A stretch of 64,000 bases of DNA, from NCBI GenBank assembly GCA_051532055.1, contig JAOPTX010000042.1, forward strand, positions 111,101 through 175,100, read 5' to 3'. This DNA comes from Fibrobacterales bacterium. Lineage in GTDB: Bacteria > Fibrobacterota > Fibrobacteria > Fibrobacterales > JAOPTW01. The notes under the pieces were generated by a model that saw only the letters and a program-made list of their open reading frames with translations, had not been told where the DNA came from and made no database searches. Below, piece after piece: positions 52,176-62,290 of the stretch; within the stretch, counting starts at the first letter, position 1, and every line of letters starts with the position of its first letter. The position numbers and the translations under genes were made by a program.

Positions 52176-52229
52176 AGCAATAAAACATTGTATCGCAATG
52201 AAACCTAAACCTGTAATTCTAACAACTCT

Positions 52230-52632
52230 AAACATTGCCTGATAAAGAACAGGCGGAAGCCCACCATTAGCCTTATGCGGTCGTTCATTATTATAACTCC
52301 ATAACCACTTTGTGGCTAGGTGTTGTGCATGTTCAAAAGTTTCAAAAAGGTTCAAATCAAAACATTCATGGCGAACTGTACGATTAAACCTCTCAACATA
52401 TGCATTCTGAGTTGGTTTCCCTGGTTGAATATGTAATAACACTACATCATTATCTTCTGCCCACTTTCGCAGTACTTCACAGATGTACTCCGGCCCATTA
52501 TCACATCTGATAGAGTTTGGTTTACCCCTCCATTCTATAACCTGTTCAAGGCTTCGTATAGCTCTTCATACCATACTCACGGCAAAGCTCTTGCACCTTA
52601 GTTCCAGCTTCTGCTTGTCGTAATATGGCCAT
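52230..52632 (-). mobile_element. Internally deleted IS3-family (IS407-like) remnant
   Basis: OrfA piece MAILRQAEAGTKVQELCREYGM (from 52632) abuts, at ~52566, the OrfB C-terminal piece RAIRSLEQVIEWRGKPNSIRCDNGPEY...IQPGKPTQNAYVERFN...YNNERPH; ends approximate, no IRs recognised. Confidence 0.85.
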
Positions 52633-52768
52633 GAAAGCAGACGAGAGCACATTCAAGCAAGACCTACAAGCGATAAGAGGGCTGAAGGTAGATCTACCTC
52701 AGTAACGCCCTCAAATTAATAGTAGACCGCCACTCATATTGCAGCGGTCGATTTGATACTATAATTTA

Positions 52769-53938
52769 TTACCTCGCTACCGACCACGTATCGGTATGAT
52801 CAAAGTTACCATCAAGGTAATTCCATGTAATCGTAGTATATTTTATTTTTATAGTTTCTAAAAATGGTGCATCTGAAGGATTTTCTAGTGGTTGACTTGT
52901 ATTTTGAACACTCACAATCTGGCAATCTTCTAGTTCAATTTCATAAAGCTTCACTAGATGGTTTTGAGGGTCATAAAAGTCAATTTTAATATTAGGAATG
53001 TTTTTTTGCGGGCTGTTATACATATGCATGTATGAAGAGGCTCTGTCGAACTCTTTCTTAATGGTAATAAATTTATGCTTTGTTATAGATGATGATTCAG
53101 AATCAACACCTATTGTATGGTCAAAGTCAAGTAATGCGATTGACCCCTCTAAACCCGCAATTTCAACACCACCTATAATGTTATCCATTGTCATAAACAT
53201 GTGTGATGGACGGTCTTCTTTTACATTTTTTTGATACCGATAAGAAAGGTATCCATCATAATAGGTCCATGTCATTTCTTCATAATCAAGGTAAAACGCT
53301 TCTTCGTCTCCATCATTAGTATTGTTTTCAATTTTTTTGATGATTGCATTTTTTAGATACACACGATACATTATTCGAGTACTCTCTTCATTTTCAAAGA
53401 AGTAGAAAAAGAGCCATGGTATTTTCTCACCTGTTGAATACTTAGAGAGTAGGTTATGAGATGCTTTATCAACATCTTTTGAAGCTTTAATAAGGCTAGA
53501 ACCCTCATTATCTTCAACTGAACCCATCGTATAGTCAAGATTGAATATTCGAGTTGACCCTTCCCAGCCTGGAGCCTCGACGCTACCGACAAATCCGTAA
53601 GCACGCATGTATATTTTTTTACCCGAGAATTTTCCAGGAATTGCATTTTCTAAATCTGAAACTTCAAGATTACCTGAGATGTCGGCAACAGCATAGCCTG
53701 TGGCGGTACATACTTTAATTGTTTTTTCATTTTCAATATAGTAGAACTCTCCTCGATTTGCGCTAGTGCACGATGGCAAATTGGATGTATTGCCAACTAC
53801 TTTGGCCCCAAGGGCTGTAGCAGTTTCTTTATTATCTTGTTCAAATATCTGGGCTGCTGGAGCGGTATTATTCTGGTCACACCCGAGTAATAGTAGCGTC
53901 AGTGCACAGGCACAGCTTATTAACGTTAATCTTTTCAT
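52769..53938 (-). CDS. Lipoprotein with two tandem Hcp/TssD (T6SS tube-like) domains
   Basis: Lipobox LLGC; two copies of GxVE..G.EGS....K..D(K/R)AS....L....I...E...Y....W.Y.DG; second copy ends ITWNYLDGNFDHTDTW; ATG at 53938 follows AAAGGA. Confidence 0.8.
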   Translation of the reverse strand: MKRLTLISCACALTLLLLGCDQNNTAPAAQIFEQDNKETATALGAKVVGNTSNLPSCTSANRGEFYYIENEKTIKVCTATGYAVADISGNLEVSDLENAIPGKFSGKKIYMRAYGFVGSVEAPGWEGSTRIFNLDYTMGSVEDNEGSSLIKASKDVDKASHNLLSKYSTGEKIPWLFFYFFENEESTRIMYRVYLKNAIIKKIENNTNDGDEEAFYLDYEEMTWTYYDGYLSYRYQKNVKEDRPSHMFMTMDNIIGGVEIAGLEGSIALLDFDHTIGVDSESSSITKHKFITIKKEFDRASSYMHMYNSPQKNIPNIKIDFYDPQNHLVKLYEIELEDCQIVSVQNTSQPLENPSDAPFLETIKIKYTTITWNYLDGNFDHTDTWSVAR

Positions 53939-54566
53939 GAGTTTCAATCCTTTGTTGATCGGTTAATTTAGGTTACGGATTGAAACAATAGTTATAACCA
54001 AAGATGGTAACTAGGCACAGAGAGTGTGGAAATATGATTTCCGTTTAAGATGGTGTTTAAGAATCGAGTGATTGGAAAGATGAGACATATGATGCCGGTG
54101 ATTTAATTCGATGTGTTGGCTGTTTCGGTTGTTGCGCTTCAAAGGTGTTCTTTATAAGTTGTAGAATGGGGGAGGGCTTCTTTACTACCGATAGTGCTAG
54201 TTATACATTGGGTGCCGGCAATCAACCAAAAGGCTTTGATCAAAGTAAATCGTGATTTTTATATTATTATTATTATTATTAAAAAAATAAGGGACCGCAA
54301 TTACACGACCCCTCATAATTCTATGAATGGATTAATCATATATCCGTATCACCCTTATTCTTCCTCTTATGCCTCCTCTTCAATCACTGGTTCTATATTC
54401 ATTCCTGCTTGAAAATACATTTTTCTACATCTCAACAAAGAGCCAGAAATGTATAAATATGACAATCTACATCTCAAGCATACAATATAATGTTATTCGT
54501 TCCATTCAATAATGGCAACACCAAATAAATGTGCAAAGTTAATACCGTGTATGAAGGCTACAACAC

Positions 54567-56858
54567 CTATGGTGAGATTGCGAATTCAAAGGTGTCGGCC
54601 ACTACTACATCAGCATCGTTAGTGAGTTCTAAAATGTAATTATGCAAACCAGTATCATTAGGAACCTCATAGTCAATTGAGTATTGATTTGAATAAGCAT
54701 TAATTGAGTCAGCATCATCCCCAGTTCCATCAAAAAGAACAATTCCACTGTCAATATACAGGTGCATTCTAGTGAACGAACTATATAGATAACTATCGTA
54801 CGCTCTAAACCTAACGTTAACGGTATCTCCAGCCCGAACACTCAGGGAGGTATTCGTTTCAAGGTTCCCACCCAGAGTACTATCTCGCACAGTTATATAT
54901 TTTGAATACTCCTGCTCGACGCCCAAGGGGTTAGTTACCTGTACCCTTAATTCTTCACCGACCGTAGTTACATGCCCTTTGCACGTATCACCAACAATAG
55001 CTTTTGTTGAGTCTCCCATAGAACACAGCACCTCAAACTCACCATTAAGGGTATCGGTGATTGTTACCACATAGCTTAATGTATCGTTAATTCGATAAAA
55101 TGAAGGCATTAGAGACGTGTCATTATTGAGTATCACGTCACTAAACGTGACCTCGTATTCCGGGTATGATACTTCTATAGAACTCACTAGAGAATCAACC
55201 ACTTCGACAAATCCCAATGAGTTTCTCTCTTCTCCATGGCAGCGAATAAGATGCACCCAGCCACTCACCTCCTTCAGAATATCATAAAAAACGAACCCAC
55301 GCTCTGATACGCTACCCGAGTATTCAATTCTTCGGAGACCATCAATGGTACTACTATCAACCACCACAAGATCAATAATTTCACTTCCCGACCGGGCACC
55401 CACATCACTTAAATACGTGTTTGAGATATGTACATAGTCGCTGTCCATAACTGTTTGATATACACACGAACTTCTCATATCTTCTGTATAGTTGTAGCCT
55501 GAATAAAAAGGATTTTTAAATTCGTGACCGCTACTCACTTTTGAATACGTCCACGAATCAGGAAATGCCATTTGTATAGTGTCACTATCAGTGATACCAG
55601 CAAGGCGAATGGTATCAAACACATGCGGTTCTATTAAAACCGTCTGTCTCATAGTATCTGTAACAGCATCAACATCCTGGACTTCGAGAAAAAAGGTGAT
55701 TGAATCAACTCCTTGGGGAATGATATATTCAACAGTAACTGTGGTGTCTTGTAGCAACTCCTCACGAACCAGCAAACCCTCTAAGAGTGCTAACGTATCT
55801 TCTTCGGAGTTCCATAAGGCAAAATGCCCTAATCCGTTATATTGAATATTCTTGTACCCTCGTGCCTCTACATTAATTCGTGCATTGGGGTGAATTGTTG
55901 ATTCTGCAATGGTTACTATGGTGGTTGGCTCACTGACCTCATATTCCACCGCAAGTAAAAAGGTATCGCCCGGAATATTGGTCAAAGGATTAATACTGTA
56001 TATTACTATCGTATCCAACTCACTACTATTTCCGGTAACCAAACCTGAACAAGTATTTTCTTCGGCAGTTATTATTTGATTCATAAATTCACACTTCAAG
56101 AGACCGTTCATTTCCATAGGGTCGGTATTATTGAGCCGTATCGCAAAGGTGTCTCGCACGGTCATCGTAATGTTGGGGTCGCCTCCATCAGAGCCCCAAC
56201 CTCGATTGCTATCATAAATTAATGCAGCACTGGTATCGTTCATAAACCACCCAGAGTTATATGATAGCTCCACGGTAGAGAGAGTTATATCGATAGATGA
56301 ACGCACCTGATCAAGGTCAGGGAGTTCTATAACCTTTGATGTATCACACATAAAACGAATAAGATATCCTTTTCCCTCCAGAGGAATGACGATATCATAG
56401 GCACGAACCTCAGTTTGGTGATGCAGTGCACTATAGCGTAAGGTATACCCTTGTGCAAATTGAGTCGAATCAATCAACTGCACATTACTTAACGTATCAT
56501 CTCTTGTATCATTGTTTGCATTAATAAGTATGTGACTGGGGGCTGTATACTCAGAAACAGTAAGGATACTTAATCCCACACCTGTATAGAGGTATTCCGT
56601 GTCAAACGACAACACTTGGGGTATAAACGCATAAACGTTTTGACTGCCCTCTAAGGTGTTCCACACTGTGGGAAGTTCCAGATGTACCGTATCATTTGAA
56701 TAGCCGGTGTACCAAACTATTCCACGCTCACTGGAAGGTGCCCCAGGAACAAACGCTTCATAATGGGGAGTCGATACAAAACAACCGAACCACACCAGAG
56801 AGCACAACATAAGGCTTATCATCAATACACTTGAACGAATCATAGTAACACCTCCCAA
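54567..56858 (-). CDS. Lipoprotein made of two diverged ~380-aa internal repeats
   Basis: Lipobox WFGC; repeat pairs DTVHLELP/DTIQMAFP, YDIVIPLEGKGYLIRF/YDILKEVSGWVHLIRC, SSIDIT/SSIEVS, NDTS/NDTS; true start probably the second Met (~56843). Confidence 0.65.
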   Translation of the reverse strand: MGGVTMIRSSVLMISLMLCSLVWFGCFVSTPHYEAFVPGAPSSERGIVWYTGYSNDTVHLELPTVWNTLEGSQNVYAFIPQVLSFDTEYLYTGVGLSILTVSEYTAPSHILINANNDTRDDTLSNVQLIDSTQFAQGYTLRYSALHHQTEVRAYDIVIPLEGKGYLIRFMCDTSKVIELPDLDQVRSSIDITLSTVELSYNSGWFMNDTSAALIYDSNRGWGSDGGDPNITMTVRDTFAIRLNNTDPMEMNGLLKCEFMNQIITAEENTCSGLVTGNSSELDTIVIYSINPLTNIPGDTFLLAVEYEVSEPTTIVTIAESTIHPNARINVEARGYKNIQYNGLGHFALWNSEEDTLALLEGLLVREELLQDTTVTVEYIIPQGVDSITFFLEVQDVDAVTDTMRQTVLIEPHVFDTIRLAGITDSDTIQMAFPDSWTYSKVSSGHEFKNPFYSGYNYTEDMRSSCVYQTVMDSDYVHISNTYLSDVGARSGSEIIDLVVVDSSTIDGLRRIEYSGSVSERGFVFYDILKEVSGWVHLIRCHGEERNSLGFVEVVDSLVSSIEVSYPEYEVTFSDVILNNDTSLMPSFYRINDTLSYVVTITDTLNGEFEVLCSMGDSTKAIVGDTCKGHVTTVGEELRVQVTNPLGVEQEYSKYITVRDSTLGGNLETNTSLSVRAGDTVNVRFRAYDSYLYSSFTRMHLYIDSGIVLFDGTGDDADSINAYSNQYSIDYEVPNDTGLHNYILELTNDADVVVADTFEFAISP

Positions 56859-57724
56859 AAACCTGCCAAACCAATTTTCATATACATACCGCCATCACTA
56901 GTAAGTTTGGCTTCAGGAACTTCAAATGCTCCAATCGGCTTGAAGCCAAAGGAATCCATTCCAATTTCAAATTCAATCCCAACAAAAGAGGTTATCCGCT
57001 GTATCATTCCAAACCCAAAAAAGAATCCCTCACTATTTTCCATTATTTTAGGGGCTCCCTGTAGGTACACATTTTCTTTGAGCAACACTTCATCGGTTCG
57101 CCAGACATACGCCCTTCCAAGGAGCAAATACAAAAGGGTTCCATGGGTAACATCATCTACTCGGTCTCTTGAAATGTACATGGAGAGCATTAAAGAGGTT
57201 ATCAGTGTCTCATTATGAACCTTCCATTGGTCAATAGCAGAGACATCTGCAAAAATACTCTCTTTAACCGTATATTGATTGTAGAGGTAGTCGACACGCA
57301 ACCCAAAGATTTTATAGAATAGAAGGTACGCCGAAACACCAACGGGCTCCTTAGAAATCTCTACAATATCATCGGGCCCATATGTTGATGACGCAGCCTT
57401 TGCTGGCTCATAGCCACCACTCGCATTCCAGGTCGCTTCTTTGGCCTTGGAATCACTCGTGTATAATCCTTTAAACGAGGCGTGAACACTTAACCCAAAA
57501 TCTATCGTGCACCGAGCATATTCCAATTTACAAAGGGGTACTTTGGGTGCCTGAGTAGCGTTTTCACTGTAGCCGTAGTTAGATTTTGTATTCTCAGTAT
57601 CTCGATCGGAATCAGGATAGCGGTTATTAGTTGTTCCTCGTTCTCTGGCATCAACATGTATAGTCAAAAGAACCGAAATGATACACACTACTGAACGTAT
57701 ACCCATGATATATTCCTCTCTCAA
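56840..57724 (-). CDS. Putative small outer-membrane beta-barrel protein
   Basis: Signal peptide; alternating strands FGLRVDYLY, GFFFGFGM, VGIEFEIG, YMKIGLAGFW; overlaps the downstream lipoprotein gene. Confidence 0.55.
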   Translation of the reverse strand: MREEYIMGIRSVVCIISVLLTIHVDARERGTTNNRYPDSDRDTENTKSNYGYSENATQAPKVPLCKLEYARCTIDFGLSVHASFKGLYTSDSKAKEATWNASGGYEPAKAASSTYGPDDIVEISKEPVGVSAYLLFYKIFGLRVDYLYNQYTVKESIFADVSAIDQWKVHNETLITSLMLSMYISRDRVDDVTHGTLLYLLLGRAYVWRTDEVLLKENVYLQGAPKIMENSEGFFFGFGMIQRITSFVGIEFEIGMDSFGFKPIGAFEVPEAKLTSDGGMYMKIGLAGFWEVLL

Positions 57725-57797
57725 ATCTCAACAAAACATATTAAATGCGGAACATCATTTAAAGTGAATATCCTACCTATAACTCCGGACTACCGAA

Positions 57798-58145
57798 TTA
57801 AGTATTATATGTATCCGATACTAAGAGTGTATGATGTGAAAAGACAGGCGCCATAATTACTACAATCTGTTGAATTCGCTCATATGATATAGCTGGGTTG
57901 TTTAGGATTTCTCGAGAATAAATGAGAGCAAGGTCATAATCACTGATGGAACATTCTTCATATTTTATTTTGTGCGCAAGACATTTGAGTGCCAGTGCAG
58001 TACCAAGCCGCAAGTCAAGCGTATCTCCATTCTCACCCCGTTCACTGACTTGGCTGTCTGCGAGTGAAGTAAGTGCCTTGTTGGTACACCCCGCAAACAT
58101 TGTGCGGGTGAATGATTCATAGTAGTGGTCATTCGCATCAGTCAT
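57798..58145 (-). CDS. Hypothetical protein
   Basis: 115-aa ORF filling an intergenic gap; no motif recognised. Confidence 0.45.
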   Translation of the reverse strand: MTDANDHYYESFTRTMFAGCTNKALTSLADSQVSERGENGDTLDLRLGTALALKCLAHKIKYEECSISDYDLALIYSREILNNPAISYERIQQIVVIMAPVFSHHTLLVSDTYNT

Positions 58146-58217
58146 ACCACTATTTTAATACATAATTATCTAATATGCACTGACTATTAATGGGACAATG
58201 GGGTAGTGCAGCCACCC

Positions 58218-58400
58218 CTAAAGAATTCTGTCACTAAAATCAGTGCGAAGCACACCCCACAACACATCCGCAACAATCCCCAACCCAATAGCAATAAATC
58301 CCACACCTACCGCTTGTCTAAGTGCAACATTTCTCTGATTTTTAAGCGACCTGTACACGACCATATCATACACACTTGAAAATACGTCGAAAATTAACAT
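58218..58400 (-). CDS. Possible small membrane protein
   Basis: 60-aa ORF with one hydrophobic segment. Confidence 0.3.
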   Translation of the reverse strand: MLIFDVFSSVYDMVVYRSLKNQRNVALRQAVGVGFIAIGLGIVADVLWGVLRTDFSDRIL

Positions 58401-58486
58401 GTATACCCAGTTTTTTAAAAAAAAACAGGGTATAATACATATGTATCAATAATTATTTTGCATAAAGTAGGTAAGCAACTCTTCAT

Positions 58487-59731
58487 ATGAAAGCATATAT
58501 AATTAGTAAAAACGAATTCATCTCTTCATTTTTTGGAAATTATCTAGAAGAGAACGGATATTCACTCCATTCTCATGTCTCCATATTAGATGCATGGCAA
58601 GATATACGATTAGATACAGAGACACCAATTATTTTTATTCAATATCAAAAGGATAATGAAGAAAATGATTCGTTTGTACAACGGATTAGAAAATTTGACG
58701 CGTTACAAGACCGGCACTCATTTCTTATTTACCTCTATAGTACCACTCGTCACAAAATGGATAACTCCTTAAAAGCATCAAAAAGTACTATCGATATGCA
58801 CCTCACAAGCCCGAGCGTATCACTGACTGATCAGTTTGAGACAATACAGATGTTTACTGCATTAATGAGAATAGTACATTATGAACAAAAAGTAAAAAAG
58901 CAGACTACCGAGCTTTTTGAGTATGCTGAAAAGATGGAACACTTGGCGCAACAGAGAGCTGAACAACTGATTCACGCCGACCGCATGGTTACACTCGGCA
59001 CCATGTCTGCCGGTATTGCCCATGAAATTAATAACCCCACCTCGTTTATTTCTGGAAATATCCAAACAATAGAACGAGGATGGAACATGATTCAAGATAC
59101 CTTGAAAGAAAATCATGTATTACAAGATAACGAACGACTTACTCTGATTACTAATGAGTTTCCTAATATGATACAGGGCGTTAAAAAAGGTGTGGAACGT
59201 ATTACCAACATTGTAAAGGGCTTAAAGCTTTACTCCCGGCAAGAAAAATCATCAAAACAATCACTTAATCTTATTACTTGTATAAATGACGCACTTGAGA
59301 TGTGTCGTGCCATTGCCAAAAAGGTTACCATACAAACAAACTATGCACATGAGACTCTGTATGTCAATGCAGATCGCACTCAACTGAGTCAAGTTATTGT
59401 TAATCTGATAACTAATGCTGCAGATGCACTCGCACAGAGTTCGAGCCCACTCATAGTAATAGATGTATCCTGTGATACTACAACAATTGAAATTACCTGT
59501 AGAGATAATGGACCGGGGATTTCAGATGCAGTCCTCCAAAAGCTCTTTAATCCTTTTTTTACCACAAAAGATAAAAGTACGGGCACAGGCCTAGGATTAT
59601 CAATATCGAAAGGAATAATAGAAGATCATGGCGGAATTATAAGGGCAACTTCAACTGAAAATAGTGGGGCATGTTTTATTATTACTCTCCCTGTTTCTCA
59701 GGCTCCTTTAAACGAGGAAACACCAAAATGA
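58487..59731 (+). CDS. Cytoplasmic NtrB-like histidine kinase with degenerate receiver-like N-terminus
   Basis: H-box AHEINNP, N-box QVIVNLITNA, DNGPG, FNPFFTTK, GTGLGL; no TM. Confidence 0.9.
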   Translation: MKAYIISKNEFISSFFGNYLEENGYSLHSHVSILDAWQDIRLDTETPIIFIQYQKDNEENDSFVQRIRKFDALQDRHSFLIYLYSTTRHKMDNSLKASKSTIDMHLTSPSVSLTDQFETIQMFTALMRIVHYEQKVKKQTTELFEYAEKMEHLAQQRAEQLIHADRMVTLGTMSAGIAHEINNPTSFISGNIQTIERGWNMIQDTLKENHVLQDNERLTLITNEFPNMIQGVKKGVERITNIVKGLKLYSRQEKSSKQSLNLITCINDALEMCRAIAKKVTIQTNYAHETLYVNADRTQLSQVIVNLITNAADALAQSSSPLIVIDVSCDTTTIEITCRDNGPGISDAVLQKLFNPFFTTKDKSTGTGLGLSISKGIIEDHGGIIRATSTENSGACFIITLPVSQAPLNEETPK

Positions 59732-60174
59732 GTGAAGAAATATATGGAAGAATCTTAATTGTAGATGACGAAATCGAGATCTGTGAAATGCTGGAACGCA
59801 ATTTTAAAATGCTTGGTCATACAGTCAATTATGCGCAAAATGGAAAAGAAGCACTGGAACTGCTTGCTATCAGTCCATACGACATAGTTATTAGTGATAT
59901 CATAATGCCAATAATGGATGGCATTATGCTTCTTAAAGAAATTCGTAATACGTATCCGATGACAAAAGTTATCATGATAACCGGATATGTTACCTTGGAG
60001 AATGCACTGGAATGCATGAAAAAGCAAGCAGAAACATGCATATTTAAACCACTTAATAATCTCAGTGAACTGGAAGAGGCGGTGAATCAAGCACTCAGAA
60101 ATTTGATCCGCTGGAATCAAAAATTTCGAGAACTCAAGGGCCTAAGAGACGCCAATGAAGGAAGAGAATCATGA
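59728..60174 (+). CDS. Single-domain response regulator
   Basis: ILIVDDE, ISDIIMP.MDG, MITG, KP; ATGA overlap with the kinase stop. Confidence 0.9.
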   Translation: MSEEIYGRILIVDDEIEICEMLERNFKMLGHTVNYAQNGKEALELLAISPYDIVISDIIMPIMDGIMLLKEIRNTYPMTKVIMITGYVTLENALECMKKQAETCIFKPLNNLSELEEAVNQALRNLIRWNQKFRELKGLRDANEGRES

Positions 60175-62264
60175 GTGGCGTTCAACTTCAGGTAGATCCT
60201 GAAATCAGAGCCGAATTTATTGATGAATCACTCGATTCTCTCACTCATGTCATCCAAAGACTTATTTCTCTAGAAAAGAGTAAGGAGCCTGCAGAAGAAA
60301 TTGAAGTTATTTTCAGGTCAGTACATTCTATAAAGGGAAGTGCTCCTTATTTTGGATTAATGCACCTTGCACATCTTTCTCATGAAGTTGAAAATGTTCT
60401 TGATAGCATACGGAGAGGAACGGTATCTGTTCACCATGATCTTATTGACCTACTCCTTGAGTGCCTCGACTTTTTAAAAGCAATTCTAGAACGTGTTCTT
60501 AAAGGCGCCACCGAGCTGGAAGATGAAGCAACCTACAATACACTTTTGTCTAAATTACAACAGCTCCTTTCAGCGGGAAAGCACTCATTAGAAGCGGTAT
60601 TACAAACTATCCTCTCTCACCCCGCTGTTCTCAACACACCTGACCTTCGTGAACATATGGTTCAGTTAGTATCCCTTTGTGATGTCGAACCTAAAGAGCT
60701 TGACCAAAACGAGCTTATGCAATCGCTGAAAAATACTCCAAGTGAATTGGACGAATTACAGACATTACTTCAAGAGCCTCCCCCCGACCTTTCTATTGAT
60801 CTCGTTGAACCGCTGATACAAAAATTACTCTCTCTTAACGAAAATACCGATGCAGAAACACTCCTGCAATCAGCACTAAATGAGTTAACTCTTCTCAGTA
60901 ATACCATTGGTATTGGCGATCAAGTTACTCGTGATTCATTTCTTGAACACCTCAACTCTTTTGCTGCAAAAGCAAAATGGACATCAACTCAGTCCGTTTC
61001 TGAAAGTTCTGCTGAAGAAAATATTTCTGCCCCCGACGCCTCTCCTGCCAAGCCCCCTCCAGACACAACAAAAACGCTCCGTGTCTCAGAAAAGAGTATT
61101 GAAGACTTCCTAGAGCAAGTTGCTGAATTGATTACTGTCAGAGAGATGTATAGCCATTTACAATTAAAAATTAAAAATTCAGATGAGAACCCAACTACCA
61201 GTTCCGAATTCAGCCAACTCAATGGCATGTTTACGGACTTATCAAATAAACTACTCTATAGTATCATGGAAGTAAGAAAAGTACCCGCTGGAAATATCCT
61301 CAATAAAGTTCATCGTATAGTTCGAGATGTCGCACAAGCAAAACAGAAAGAGATTGATATAGAAATTATCGGGGATGATTTACTCATAGACAAATCAATT
61401 ATTGAACTCCTCGAAATGCCGTTAGTGCACATGGTTAGAAACGCCGCTGATCATGGGATCGAACCTCCCGATGAGCGGCAACAGAGAGGTAAGTCATCTA
61501 ACGGAGTAATTAACATATCACTTACAGAATCAGATGAGTCACTCATATTAGAGGTTCGGGATGATGGGCAGGGAATCAATCTGGAAAAGATCAGAGAAAT
61601 AGCAATAGAACAGGGAATTATTACCAAAAACGAAAAACTAGAACAGAAGCAGCTTATTGATCTTCTTTTTAAATCCGGAGTCTCTACAGCTCAAGAAGTT
61701 ACCGATATTTCTGGACGGGGCGTTGGCATGGACGTCGTGAGGCAAAATATTAAAAAGGCTGGAGGCGATATATCAATTGAAACGACAGCAGGTGAAGGAA
61801 GTTGCTTCCGCATTGATGTCCCACAGAATAGTGGCACTCAGATATTTAACGGATTTGTAGTTGTGGCACATTCAAATAAATTTATTATACCGGTTTCCGA
61901 TGTCATAAAAACGTTCCAACTAGAAAAAGAGTTGCATACCACAATAACAGGTAATAGAGAAGCAATTGTATATGAGGATAGTATCGTACCACTGCTCCGC
62001 CTTGAAAGGTTATTATTTAACATACAAGAAGAATGTACCTTTCAATCAATTGAACAAGGGACCATCGTAATACTTGAGTATGATTCATTCAGATTCGCAG
62101 TCAGTATCGATGCAGTTGATTCCATTATGCAATTGGTCCTAAAAAATGTTAATGGAATTCCTTCTCTTGATTACGTATTTTCAGGTGCTGCTCTTTTAGG
62201 AGATGGAAACATTGCATTGGTACTCGATACCGAAAAATTGGCGAGTCTCCTTGATAAGAAGTAA
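60171..62264 (+). CDS. cheA: Chemotaxis-type histidine kinase CheA
   Basis: HPt FRSVHSIKG; PLVHMVRNAADHGIE; DDGQG; GVST...ISGRGVGMDVV; C-terminal CheW-like domain (SGAALLGDG.IALVLD). Confidence 0.92.
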   Translation: MSGVQLQVDPEIRAEFIDESLDSLTHVIQRLISLEKSKEPAEEIEVIFRSVHSIKGSAPYFGLMHLAHLSHEVENVLDSIRRGTVSVHHDLIDLLLECLDFLKAILERVLKGATELEDEATYNTLLSKLQQLLSAGKHSLEAVLQTILSHPAVLNTPDLREHMVQLVSLCDVEPKELDQNELMQSLKNTPSELDELQTLLQEPPPDLSIDLVEPLIQKLLSLNENTDAETLLQSALNELTLLSNTIGIGDQVTRDSFLEHLNSFAAKAKWTSTQSVSESSAEENISAPDASPAKPPPDTTKTLRVSEKSIEDFLEQVAELITVREMYSHLQLKIKNSDENPTTSSEFSQLNGMFTDLSNKLLYSIMEVRKVPAGNILNKVHRIVRDVAQAKQKEIDIEIIGDDLLIDKSIIELLEMPLVHMVRNAADHGIEPPDERQQRGKSSNGVINISLTESDESLILEVRDDGQGINLEKIREIAIEQGIITKNEKLEQKQLIDLLFKSGVSTAQEVTDISGRGVGMDVVRQNIKKAGGDISIETTAGEGSCFRIDVPQNSGTQIFNGFVVVAHSNKFIIPVSDVIKTFQLEKELHTTITGNREAIVYEDSIVPLLRLERLLFNIQEECTFQSIEQGTIVILEYDSFRFAVSIDAVDSIMQLVLKNVNGIPSLDYVFSGAALLGDGNIALVLDTEKLASLLDKK

Positions 62265-62290
62265 AAATTTGTGCATTAGCAAATTACCTA

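Noticed and set aside
52095..52442. Intact transposase gene
   Set aside because: Only the C-terminal part of IS3 OrfB is present; the first catalytic Asp region and most of OrfA are missing.
54261..54280. (ATT)n microsatellite and the 72-aa ORF 54194..54412
   Set aside because: Short AT-rich repeat in an intergenic region; the ORF has no RBS or motif, and nothing indicates phase variation.
47148..57724. A type VI secretion gene cluster around the Hcp-like gene
   Set aside because: No sheath, baseplate, VgrG, PAAR, ClpV or membrane-complex genes are recognisable in the window.
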